Shown here one piece after another: positions 39,381-48,486 of a DNA stretch of 64,000 bases; positions within the stretch are counted from its first letter, which is position 1, and each line of letters opens with the position of its first letter. The DNA lies in NCBI GenBank assembly GCA_039182865.1, contig JBCDBX010000003.1, positions 1,343-65,342 of the forward strand, given 5' to 3'. This DNA comes from Pseudomonadota bacterium (GTDB lineage: Bacteria > Pseudomonadota > Gammaproteobacteria > UBA4575). A program made the translations under genes and the position numbers. The notes below the pieces were generated by a model. The model saw nothing but the letters and a program-made list of their open reading frames with translations. It had not been told where the DNA came from and made no database searches.

Positions 39381-40439
39381 CTACTGAATGACTGCATCAA
39401 ATGTAACAGTACACGTGGCACTAGCAGCGATAGTAATAGAATTTACTGTCACTGTATTACCTGCAGATGCATCCACAGCACCAGCACAGTTTGTATCAGT
39501 AATGTCAACACTTGGTAGGCTTAATACAAGTTCAGGATTCGGAACTGTGTCAGAAATACTAACATCTGTAACAGAGGATGAACCCTGATTTTCAATAGCG
39601 ATTGTATAGGTCACTGTTGCACCAGGAACAGCTTTATGATTAACACCATCATTTGTAACGCCTGGAGCACTCGCAGTTGTGGCTACTGTTTTCTGAACGA
39701 TCAGACCAGCAATTGTATATCGCACTTCTGAAGATGATACTAAGCCATCTTCAACCGCATCAGAACTAGCAGTATTAGTAGCTACATCAGTATTTTCACC
39801 ATCTGCAAATACAATCTCCACTGTAGTCGGATCATCAACGCTACCGCCATCATCTGAACCTAATGCAGAGCCTGCGCCATCTGATGCTTCCAGTGTCCAG
39901 TGAACTGCGGCTTCATCACTATTTGTTGAACCTGCTAAAATAGCAAGTGCAAATACTGTTTTTGTTTCATCTTCAAGCAAGTTTACTTCAGTAATGACTG
40001 TTTCAGTGCCCTCAAAAGTTCCATTGCCATCATCTTCATAAAATGTCACTGAAGATAAATCTAAATCGTCACCTGAGCTGAAATCAAGATAATTAAGCAA
40101 AAAATCCTGGGTACCGTTACCTGTATTAGTAACAGTTAAAATCACTAAATCGCCCACGGAGGCAGTCGCACCCGGCGCTGCGGGTGATGCAGTGATTGAC
40201 ATATCGATTAATTCATCGACGAGGAATCTTGTTGCATCATTATCTGCCGCAGTAGAGGGATCATCGGATAGAATTGGTGATTGTGCAGTTCCACCCACTG
40301 AGTAGCTGATGGTGGCCTGATTATCTACAGGTGTAGATTCATCTGTGCCCACCGCAAACGATTGTGTATTTAAGATTAATCCAGATAGGACGAATCCTAT
40401 ACATAGCTTAAATACATTCCTTGTATGTAAAATTTTCAT
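39381..40439 (-). CDS. Secreted two-domain DUF11-like beta-sandwich protein (C)
   Basis: 352 aa with a signal peptide and Thr/Ser/Asp/Gly-rich sequence. C-terminal DUF11-like PGATVTYTIAIENQGSSSVTDVSISDTVPNP. The N-terminus after the signal peptide is related to those of A and D. Confidence 0.6.
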   Translation of the reverse strand: MKILHTRNVFKLCIGFVLSGLILNTQSFAVGTDESTPVDNQATISYSVGGTAQSPILSDDPSTAADNDATRFLVDELIDMSITASPAAPGATASVGDLVILTVTNTGNGTQDFLLNYLDFSSGDDLDLSSVTFYEDDGNGTFEGTETVITEVNLLEDETKTVFALAILAGSTNSDEAAVHWTLEASDGAGSALGSDDGGSVDDPTTVEIVFADGENTDVATNTASSDAVEDGLVSSSEVRYTIAGLIVQKTVATTASAPGVTNDGVNHKAVPGATVTYTIAIENQGSSSVTDVSISDTVPNPELVLSLPSVDITDTNCAGAVDASAGNTVTVNSITIAASATCTVTFDAVIQ

Positions 40440-40474
40440 CTAATGTACTCCTTTACGTTTAAAAATATTCTTAA

Positions 40475-40990
40475 TTATTTAAGAACAACTCTATATTCAA
40501 CGGTCCCTTCATCACCTTTTTCTAATTGGCCACGATAAGTCCATCGTATATTTGTATAGTCCTCCGCTTCGATTGCTCTTTCCTTACCTTGATCATCTTT
40601 CACTTTTAAATTCGCTGTACCGTGAAAAGATTCTCCATTATCAACTGAATACTCAATCACTGTATTCTTACCAGCGGCACTGCCAACTTTAAATATTGTG
40701 AATTGCGGAATTGGATTACTTATCACAATATCTGTCGCTGGTTCTTCACCGCTATATTTGAATGTTGTCGTGTAAATAACTTCATCGCCGGGTACGACTT
40801 TGCCAGCTGGAACTCTTTTGATGACATCATTTCCATTTTTATCTTTAGCCAAGACTTCCATTTCAACAACATTAGTCAAAGCAATTGGCTGAATAGCATC
40901 AGCCATCACTGTATTGATTACGCTTGAAAACAAGCAAATGAGTATTACGTTAATTAATCTCTTACTTTCTAAAATCATATGAATCTCCAA
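40475..40990 (-). CDS. Secreted single-domain DUF11-like protein (B)
   Basis: 171 aa with a signal peptide (…SSVINTVMA|DA) and one DUF11-like domain (PGDEVIYTTTFKYSGEEPATDIVISNPIP). Confidence 0.55.
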   Translation of the reverse strand: MEIHMILESKRLINVILICLFSSVINTVMADAIQPIALTNVVEMEVLAKDKNGNDVIKRVPAGKVVPGDEVIYTTTFKYSGEEPATDIVISNPIPQFTIFKVGSAAGKNTVIEYSVDNGESFHGTANLKVKDDQGKERAIEAEDYTNIRWTYRGQLEKGDEGTVEYRVVLK

Positions 40991-40993
40991 TCT

Positions 40994-42019
40994 TTAGTTA
41001 ATAACGACATTGAATGTAATGGTGTGATTATCCGCATTAGTTAAATCTCCTAAATTTACTGTTATGACATTTGCAGCGATAAAGCCTGCATCAGCATCTA
41101 CACTTGAATCTGTCAATGGAATTCCATTCAAAGTGATACTGCTTGGTTCATAGGTTGTATCTGTAGGTATAGCATCGGTGATGACGACATTTGCAGCTGT
41201 GTCTATACCGCTTGCAACGACATCTAATGAATATTGAATTATTGCGCCCGGGATGGGGCTACATGGAGCTGTGGTACATGACCCTCCACCAGCTGTATCG
41301 TCAATGACTTGTGCGTTTTTAGTAATATTTACATCAATCAATGATGCGACTTCGTATGTCCCTGGGGTATCGACAGATGCTTCAGTTAAACCAACCAAGG
41401 CATCAACACCACCGTCACCCAACCCAACTAAGATAGTCCCAGGTGTTGAACCTGCTGCACCCGCAGTTGTTGCATTAGCAGTTATTTCTATCAGGCCCTC
41501 ATCACCGTCAATAAGCGCTGGAGGAATATCACCAACAATAAAAATTACTTGGCTATCTACACCATTTGCATCAAGTGATACATCATTGAGGGCGGGGATA
41601 TGCTCAACATCGATACCACCCGTATCAAATACGCCATTGTTATTACTATCAATGAAAATTCTTAAATTTGTAGGATCAAAATCATCAGTTCCTATTGGTG
41701 ATGCATCAAATGCAAAAGAAAATTCTTCTATACCATTTCCAATATTAGTAACCAGAAATGTAAGCACTTGATCTAAACTGGAAGTCAAGACAAGAACATT
41801 TGAGGCATCTTGTGAAACTAAGTTTACGTCAATAATTTCTTGCACAGAGAAGACGACTGTATCAGTCGAAGTTTGTGGTGACCCATTCTGGTTATATTCC
41901 ACCGTGACAGTATTACTTATCACTGTGCCGGCAGGAGTTCCTAAGGCATATGCAGCATTATTGATTGCTATTAAAAATAGACTAATATTTATTAGATTCT
42001 GAACTATTGAGTGACGCAT
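40994..42019 (-). CDS. Secreted two-domain DUF11-like beta-sandwich protein (A), first gene of the operon
   Basis: 341 aa. Signal peptide (…NNAAYA|LGTPAGTVISNTVTVEY) and C-terminal DUF11-like domain (PGAIIQYSLDVVASGIDTAANVVITDAIPTDTTY). Confidence 0.6.
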   Translation of the reverse strand: MRHSIVQNLINISLFLIAINNAAYALGTPAGTVISNTVTVEYNQNGSPQTSTDTVVFSVQEIIDVNLVSQDASNVLVLTSSLDQVLTFLVTNIGNGIEEFSFAFDASPIGTDDFDPTNLRIFIDSNNNGVFDTGGIDVEHIPALNDVSLDANGVDSQVIFIVGDIPPALIDGDEGLIEITANATTAGAAGSTPGTILVGLGDGGVDALVGLTEASVDTPGTYEVASLIDVNITKNAQVIDDTAGGGSCTTAPCSPIPGAIIQYSLDVVASGIDTAANVVITDAIPTDTTYEPSSITLNGIPLTDSSVDADAGFIAANVITVNLGDLTNADNHTITFNVVIN

Positions 42020-42462
42020 GTATGTCTTGATTAACTTAATCTTCGTTTAAAGTTATTTTTATAAATAATTAATCTCATTTCGTAGCTAATGAAAATCTTT
42101 GATGAAATGATGCCTCAAATTCTCAAAATCGCATTAGCGTATACTTCTTTATTTTTCAGTGCTTTAGTGCCATATTTACCGCCAAAGCATTTGAGCCGAG
42201 CATAGAGATGTGGACTAACATTTGTTACCGCAGAATGGTTGAGATGGGGAAATAAGACGATATGATGCACCGTCAAGATAATGGCGAGCTGTTTTCTGAT
42301 TATAATCACCTATTTGATTAAGCCATATAATCCATGATGATCTAACTATCTGCTTTAACTGAGAAACATTTCCTTTTACTTATAAAAAGAAAATATTGGC
42401 TATTTGGAGTAGATTTCCTCGCCTATATAAATTTCATTTATGATTGACTATCCCAAAACATA

Positions 42463-42852
42463 GTGAATACAAAACTGAAAAACTATTTACTGATATTTGC
42501 AGGTTGGCTATCAATCATCTTAGGTGTTATTGGCGTGGTCGTTCCATTATTACCAACGACACCCTTTATATTATTGGCGGCTGCCTGTTTTGCTAAATCA
42601 TCACCCAAATTTCATCATTGGCTGATAACACATAAATTTTTTGGGCCTATCATTAAAAATTTCCAAAACGGAGAGGGATTACCGAAAAAGACTAAAATCA
42701 AAATTATTATTTTTATCTGGGTTGCGTTAAGTATCTCTATGTTTGCGCTCTCTAATCTTTGGATAACTTTAATTTTGGTGATGATTGGATTATTTGGAAC
42801 GGCTCATATTTTAAGAACCCCTACATCTGAGAGAGAACTCACTAATTCATAA
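42463..42852 (+). CDS. DUF454 (YbaN-like) inner-membrane protein
   Basis: 129-aa membrane protein with GVVVPLLPTTPFILLAAACFAKSSP, typical of DUF454. Confidence 0.65.
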   Translation: MNTKLKNYLLIFAGWLSIILGVIGVVVPLLPTTPFILLAAACFAKSSPKFHHWLITHKFFGPIIKNFQNGEGLPKKTKIKIIIFIWVALSISMFALSNLWITLILVMIGLFGTAHILRTPTSERELTNS

Positions 42853-42970
42853 GTAAATTTCAGCATGAAAGATTAAATTGTCGCCGGCTAAACGGTAGCA
42901 AAGATGTGCTGCATGTGATTGTGAATAATCGCTCTTCAGAATAATCTATTGAGCATACAAGTAATCATGG

Positions 42971-43246
42971 ATGATGAACATGGAAGTTAAGCAATATCGT
43001 GCGCTTACTCATGAAGTGCTTAGTGCTTTAAGAAATTTTAATACATGTGTCAGTCAGCGCGAAAGAAATTATGCACTTTCTTTAATTTCTCAAGTTTCTT
43101 ATGAAGCTTCTATAGCCCAATGCCAAGAAGCAGATCAAACTGATCTAGAAAAAATGGACTTTGCTCTAAAGTTGGTACTGGAGCTTATTAAGGATCATCC
43201 AATTCCAAAAGTACCAATGCAAGAACTTCAAATCGCATTACATTAA
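42971..43246 (+). CDS. Hypothetical small protein
   Basis: 91-aa ORF with no recognisable motif. Coding-like composition. Confidence 0.3.
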   Translation: MMNMEVKQYRALTHEVLSALRNFNTCVSQRERNYALSLISQVSYEASIAQCQEADQTDLEKMDFALKLVLELIKDHPIPKVPMQELQIALH

Positions 43247-43249
43247 AGA

Positions 43250-44035
43250 TTAAGTAAATCCTCTTTTCTTTTTTATAAGATCGTAAGCTTTTTGGATATG
43301 CTTTGACTTCTCAGTAGCAACTTGTATCATCTCTTCAGGTAAACCTTTTGAAATTAATTTATCAGGATGATTTTGATGCATTAAGCGGCGGTAAGCTTTC
43401 TTAACTTCATCATTCGTGACATTCTCTTCAACACCTAATAGCTTATATGCATTAACTAAATCAGATTGTGTTGGCTGTTGATAGCTTGTATTTGAGTATT
43501 GGCGTTGCTGTGCAAACAATAAAGCTTCTAATTGTTCTAAAATTGCAACCGGATAACCTAACCGATTGCATATTCTAATAAGGATTTTCTCCTCAGCTGG
43601 ATCTTTTTTTCCATCGGCGTATGCAGCTTGTATTTGAATTTGCAAAAACATATTGATCAATGAAATTTTCCTGCCGCACTCACGACGGAACTGATCTAGA
43701 ACTTCGTCCAAGTTAAAATCATCTTTCTTACCTTCATTGAATAATTCAATGGCAGCTGAGCGTTGGCTGGGATCAAATTTCATTTGTCGAAAAACTTGTT
43801 CCGCCATTTGAATTTCTTGAGGTGATACCTGGCCATCGGCTTTGGCTAAGTGACCCATTACAGAGAATGTTGCAGTGAAGAATGCAACTTGTGTTCGTTC
43901 TTGTGACCCGGGGTCAAAATTATTTTTATTTGCTTTATCGACCTGGTGGCCGAGAACAGCACCTAGCATTGCGCCAAGGGGTCCACCAATTGCAAAACCA
44001 AGACCACCACCAGCTATTTTTCCCCACCAACTCAT
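43250..44035 (-). CDS. djlA: Co-chaperone DjlA (TM anchor, TerB-like domain, C-terminal J domain)
   Basis: N-terminal Gly-rich TM, central TerB-like region, C-terminal J domain (AYKLLGV...EVKKAYRRLMHQNHPDK). Confidence 0.75.
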   Translation of the reverse strand: MSWWGKIAGGGLGFAIGGPLGAMLGAVLGHQVDKANKNNFDPGSQERTQVAFFTATFSVMGHLAKADGQVSPQEIQMAEQVFRQMKFDPSQRSAAIELFNEGKKDDFNLDEVLDQFRRECGRKISLINMFLQIQIQAAYADGKKDPAEEKILIRICNRLGYPVAILEQLEALLFAQQRQYSNTSYQQPTQSDLVNAYKLLGVEENVTNDEVKKAYRRLMHQNHPDKLISKGLPEEMIQVATEKSKHIQKAYDLIKKKRGFT

Positions 44036-44509
44036 AACTTCATCCTTTAGTCCATTATTATATTTTTAATGTTAAGTCCTACGCATAATCATTTGTGCTT
44101 CAGATTGATTTAAAAATCTAAACGCTCCAATATATTAACTCGCTCAAATAGTAAACTTTTTGCACTATTATGGTCTAGCTCAATATTATAGGCCCAAAAT
44201 TATTTATCTATCTTCAGCATAAATAATCTTATGAGTATTAATATAAAGCTAAGCAATTAATCCAAGTAGCAAGACTTTTCTCCACATTATATTTCAGCAG
44301 TTTATATTTGAAATTTAAGCTTTGTTATAACCAATCAGTCCTGCTTTAAATATTTATAATAAATTTATATAGTGTGAATTAATCCTATTTCCACTCCTCG
44401 TGTATAGGTTTTCTTATATCTATTAATCAGACTGAGCGATCATTGCCTCTGAACTGAACTAACTATAGAATGTTACGTTAAAATCACCATTAAATGATAT
44501 ACAAATAAA

Positions 44510-44968
44510 ATGAGACAAGCCCACGCACATAAACAATGTATTACCAATGCGCTCGAGCGTGCTGATCGGATCTGTCTCCAAAATGGGAAAAGACTAACTC
44601 CTACGCGCAAGAGAGTATTAGAATTAATTTGGCAAAGTCATAAACCTATCAAAGCTTATGATTTATTGGCACAGTTAAGTACAGGCGATCATTTAGAAAA
44701 ACCTCCCACCGTATACCGTGCTTTAGATTTTTTATTAGATAACAATTTAATACATAAAATTGAAAGTACCAATAGTTACATTGGTTGTGAATATGAACAT
44801 ACAGAGAATGATAGTAAATTTTTTATTTGCGATATTTGTAATGAGGTCAAAGAGCTTGATGAACCCAAACTAAATAAGACATTAGAAGAAGCTAGCAGCA
44901 AACAGGGGTTTAAACCAAATCAAACAAAAGTTGAAATACATGGCACATGTGCCAAATGTTCTGACTAG
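44510..44968 (+). CDS. zur: Zinc uptake regulator (Fur family)
   Basis: KPPTVYRALDFLLDNNLIHKIESTNSY is near-identical to the E. coli Zur DNA-binding region. C-terminal CDIC...C..C metal site. Confidence 0.8.
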   Translation: MRQAHAHKQCITNALERADRICLQNGKRLTPTRKRVLELIWQSHKPIKAYDLLAQLSTGDHLEKPPTVYRALDFLLDNNLIHKIESTNSYIGCEYEHTENDSKFFICDICNEVKELDEPKLNKTLEEASSKQGFKPNQTKVEIHGTCAKCSD

Positions 44969-44970
44969 TC

Positions 44971-45390
44971 ATGCAGATTTTATTAGATCGTTTTGCGATT
45001 TTACTTTCTGGCTTGTGCGCAATTCATTGTATCGCATTACCTATAATGGCAGCTATCTTACCAATACTATCTACTACCTATCATCATGGAAACCAGTTAC
45101 ATGAATTTTGGTTCCACCAATTCATTCTGTATTTTATAGTTCCTGTAAGCATCATTGCTTTAGTATCTGGCTATCGTTCACATAAGAAATTGCTTCCCAT
45201 AGTGATTGCATCTATTGGCTTATTAATATTATCAGTAACTGCATTATTTATTGACCAATTACTCATGCGTCATGTTATTTCTCATGACGGTGAAATGCTC
45301 ATGACGCTTACAGGAGGAATAATTCATGCAACGGGTCATATTCTGAACTTACAAGCAACTAGGAAGTCACACCAACCATGCAAAGTATAA
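44971..45390 (+). CDS. MerC-like small membrane protein (putative metal transporter)
   Basis: 139 aa, 4 TM, N-terminal LSGLCAIHCIALP cysteine-containing helix. Translationally coupled to zur (3-nt gap). Confidence 0.45.
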   Translation: MQILLDRFAILLSGLCAIHCIALPIMAAILPILSTTYHHGNQLHEFWFHQFILYFIVPVSIIALVSGYRSHKKLLPIVIASIGLLILSVTALFIDQLLMRHVISHDGEMLMTLTGGIIHATGHILNLQATRKSHQPCKV

Positions 45391-45944
45391 AATCTTTTTT
45401 TACTATAGTACTCTTATTACTATCAACGATCCTTATTGCCAGTGAAGATCATCATGATCACGACCATGACCATGGATTTGAACAACATGCAGCCCATGTA
45501 CATGGTCAAGCAACAGCTAACATCTCTTATGAAAATAATATACTCAATATAGCATTTAGCTTTCCAGCTATCGATATTTATGGATTTGAACATGCCGCTA
45601 AAACAAATGAAGAAGTCCAGGCTATAGATAACGCACTTTCTTTGTTTCGTGATAGCAGTAATATATTAGTTATGACACCTGAGTGTGAACATGAATCACA
45701 TGATCACGATCACTCTACTAGTCATGACGATGAGGATGGACACCATGAGCATGAAGAGCTAGAACATAGTGATGTTGAAGTAAGCTACGAATTCAAGTGT
45801 GACACAAAATCACCCATTAAAATTAAATTTGTATTATTCAATAGCTTCACAAGTTTAGAAGAAATTAATGTACAATTTATCTCAGATAATATGCAACAGT
45901 TATTTAATGTAACCTCCAACAACCAGACTATTACAATCAATTAA
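45378..45944 (+). CDS. zrgA: ZrgA-like periplasmic His-rich zinc-binding protein (DUF2796)
   Basis: Signal peptide, then EDHHDHDHDHG... and ECEHESHDHDHSTSHDDEDGHHEHEE His/Asp runs. First gene of a zrgABCD-like unit. Confidence 0.6.
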   Translation: MQSIKSFFTIVLLLLSTILIASEDHHDHDHDHGFEQHAAHVHGQATANISYENNILNIAFSFPAIDIYGFEHAAKTNEEVQAIDNALSLFRDSSNILVMTPECEHESHDHDHSTSHDDEDGHHEHEELEHSDVEVSYEFKCDTKSPIKIKFVLFNSFTSLEEINVQFISDNMQQLFNVTSNNQTITIN

Positions 45945-46633
45945 TGATAGATTCTCAGAAATGTATACAAATTTCTGAACTTTCATTTCGTTGGCCTGAG
46001 AGCGCTTCAGCACTTTTGAATATTCCTAGCCTGTCTATTACTCAAGGCGAATCTATATTTATACAAGGTAGCAGTGGTAGTGGCAAATCCACATTACTTA
46101 ATTTAATTACGGGCGTACTTCTACCAAATAAAGGAAATATAACCATCCTAGGTTCAAACCTGAATGATCAAAATCATAATGATCAATTTCGCGTGGATCA
46201 TTTTGGCATCATTTTTCAACAATTTAACCTAATCCCATATCTTAATGTCTTTGAAAATATTACATTACCTCTTTCTTTTTCGATGCGACGAAAAACCAGA
46301 CTAGAAATAGCACATAAATCACTTAAAGCAGAAGCCACGCGGTTACTCGATTCCTTGAGCTTAGTAGGCGATAACATTCAACAACGTAATGTAACCGAAT
46401 TAAGTACTGGTCAGCAGCAGCGTGTTGCTGTTGCGCGAGCATTAATTGGCTCCCCAGAGATTATAATTGCAGATGAACCTACATCAGCTCTTGACGCAGA
46501 TGCTAAACAGGATTTTCTAGATTTATTGTTTCAAGAAAGTAAGCATTCTCATAGCACCCTTATTTTTGTCAGCCATGATCAAACCCTCTCTAATAAGTTT
46601 GACCGCATACTCTCTATGAGTGAATATAAATAA
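45944..46633 (+). CDS. ABC transporter ATP-binding protein (ZrgB-like)
   Basis: Walker A GSSGSGKST, signature LSTGQQQRVAVARAL, Walker B IIIADEPTSALD. Confidence 0.8.
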   Translation: MIDSQKCIQISELSFRWPESASALLNIPSLSITQGESIFIQGSSGSGKSTLLNLITGVLLPNKGNITILGSNLNDQNHNDQFRVDHFGIIFQQFNLIPYLNVFENITLPLSFSMRRKTRLEIAHKSLKAEATRLLDSLSLVGDNIQQRNVTELSTGQQQRVAVARALIGSPEIIIADEPTSALDADAKQDFLDLLFQESKHSHSTLIFVSHDQTLSNKFDRILSMSEYK

Positions 46634-47912
46634 TAATCTGATTATGCAATTAAAATTGCTCAGTCTCGCAATCAAAAGCTTAAGATTTAGGAAATTCTCA
46701 GTTGGCCTGACAATTTTTTCACTCGCGATCAGTATTATGCTGTTATTTGGGGTGGATACAATTCGTGTTCAGACAAAGTCTAATTTTGTTAATACTATCT
46801 CTGGTACAGACTTAATTGTCGGCTCTCGTAGCGGATCTGTGCAATTACTTCTATATACGGTTTTTCATATTGGTAATGCCACCAATAATGTCTCCTGGCA
46901 AAGTTATGAGAAGATCATTAAACATCCCCGTGTTGCATGGACCATTCCAATTTCACTAGGGGATTCACACAAAGGCTATCGTGTGGTTGGAACGACTCAA
47001 GATTATTTTACTCATTATCGCTACCATAGAAATAAGCAACTTGAGTTAAAAGATGGCCAACAATTCGAAAATTTGTTTGAGGCTGTTATTGGTGCAAATG
47101 TTGCCAAAGAACTCAGCTACATACTTGGAGATGAGATAATATTAGCTCATGGCATGGGTAATGTTAATCTAGCCCAACACAAAAACCTGCCATTCTCTAT
47201 CACAGGTATTTTAGAGCCCACTGCCTCTCCCGTTGATAATAGTATTTTTATCTCTTTACCTAGTTTAGAGGCGATCCATATTGGTTGGGAATTTGGTGTT
47301 GCAACTAATACAACGCTTACCGCCGATGATATTAAAGATGATGATCCACGCTTAGAGACCAAGTCCATTACCGCATTTTTCTTGGGCTTAAAAAGCAAGC
47401 ATGATGTATTCAGCATCCAGCGCGCGATAAATGATTATAAACAAGAACCACTGCTTGCGATCATACCTGGTGTCGCTTTGCTAGAACTATGGAAAGTCAT
47501 CGGCGTTGTAGAGACAATATTACTGCTTATAGCTGGACTAGTCGTCATCACAGGATTATTTGGCATGCTAGCAATTATACTGACCAATCTTAATTCGCGT
47601 AGAAGAGAAATTGCAATATTACGTTCAGTTGGTGCATCACCCCTAGCTATTTTATTTATGATGATTATTGAAACCGAATTATTAGTCATCATTGGGATAT
47701 TAATCGGTTTAGGCCTAATGTACTCCTCTTTAATTATCCTGAATTCAGTACTTCAGGACACCATTGGCCTTACGATTGAACTTATGCCTCCTTCACTTTT
47801 CCAATGGACATTATTAGGTAGTATTTTATTGGCTGGATTCATCATTTCATTCATTCCAGCATTTAGCGCTTATCGAAAAACATTACAAGATGGTTTATCT
47901 ATTCGCTCATGA
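46620..47912 (+). CDS. ABC transporter permease, FtsX/MacB-like (ZrgC-like)
   Basis: 430 aa with an N-terminal TM, a large periplasmic domain and C-terminal FtsX-type 3-TM bundle. Confidence 0.7.
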   Translation: MNINNNLIMQLKLLSLAIKSLRFRKFSVGLTIFSLAISIMLLFGVDTIRVQTKSNFVNTISGTDLIVGSRSGSVQLLLYTVFHIGNATNNVSWQSYEKIIKHPRVAWTIPISLGDSHKGYRVVGTTQDYFTHYRYHRNKQLELKDGQQFENLFEAVIGANVAKELSYILGDEIILAHGMGNVNLAQHKNLPFSITGILEPTASPVDNSIFISLPSLEAIHIGWEFGVATNTTLTADDIKDDDPRLETKSITAFFLGLKSKHDVFSIQRAINDYKQEPLLAIIPGVALLELWKVIGVVETILLLIAGLVVITGLFGMLAIILTNLNSRRREIAILRSVGASPLAILFMMIIETELLVIIGILIGLGLMYSSLIILNSVLQDTIGLTIELMPPSLFQWTLLGSILLAGFIISFIPAFSAYRKTLQDGLSIRS

Positions 47913-48454
47913 TCAATCTATTAAGATCTTTATTGCTTATATTATTACTCACTAGCGTAGGGCTAGCCTCACAGCCTCGCATTGTCGAATGGGATGAACT
48001 GATGCCGCCTGGCTACCTCGACTCTCTGATTGAACTCATGTCAGAAAGTAGTTTTAGCATTACCAATATTTTTAGTTTTGATGACGATACTGAAGAAGCA
48101 CAGAATGCTTATGAACAAATGCAAGACTTACTTAATTCGGCTCCCATAGTGCCAGAGTTAAATAATCAAGATGTCAAAATTGCCGGGTTTGTTGTACCTC
48201 TAGACTTCGACTTTGATACAGAAACTTTTCAGAGTTTTTTGCTCGTCCCTTACTTTGGTGCATGTATTCACACACCACCGCCACCTTCAAATCAAATTGT
48301 TTATGTCACCTCTGATAAAAGACTAAATCAAGAGTTATTAGATTATGCAGTATGGGCATCAGGCAAACTCAGCACCGAAAGCAAAGAAAATCTATATGGT
48401 GTTGCCGGTTACTCGATGGAGAATGCAACATTAGAAGAATATATAGAAGACTAA
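47909..48454 (+). CDS. DUF3299-like periplasmic protein (ZrgD-like)
   Basis: 181 aa with a signal peptide, overlapping the permease stop. Last gene of the zinc cluster. Confidence 0.45.
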   Translation: MINLLRSLLLILLLTSVGLASQPRIVEWDELMPPGYLDSLIELMSESSFSITNIFSFDDDTEEAQNAYEQMQDLLNSAPIVPELNNQDVKIAGFVVPLDFDFDTETFQSFLLVPYFGACIHTPPPPSNQIVYVTSDKRLNQELLDYAVWASGKLSTESKENLYGVAGYSMENATLEEYIED

Positions 48455-48486
48455 CTACTTCGCGCTTCAATAAACAGGAGCAGACT

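Noticed and set aside
34500-41771. Alternative-frame and antisense ORFs inside the DUF11 genes (34500-34685, 36215-36412, 37730-38008, 38069-38617, 38741-38923, 39388-39588, 40703-40927, 41253-41771).
   Set aside because: All are embedded in the long, well-supported A-D reading frames. The Thr/Ser/Gly-rich repetitive composition of these genes generates long spurious ORFs in other frames.
42115-42309. 64-aa minus-strand ORF in the promoter region upstream of DUF11 gene A.
   Set aside because: It has no RBS and a low-complexity sequence, and lies in the likely promoter/5' UTR of the operon.
44036-44509. Searched the 474-bp djlA-zur intergenic region for a canonical Zur box (GAAATGTTATAnTATAACATTTC).
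   Set aside because: Only an imperfect half-palindrome (AATGTTACGTTAAAAT) is present. Without a PWM scan I cannot call a confident operator, so it is mentioned only as a possibility in the zinc-cluster finding.
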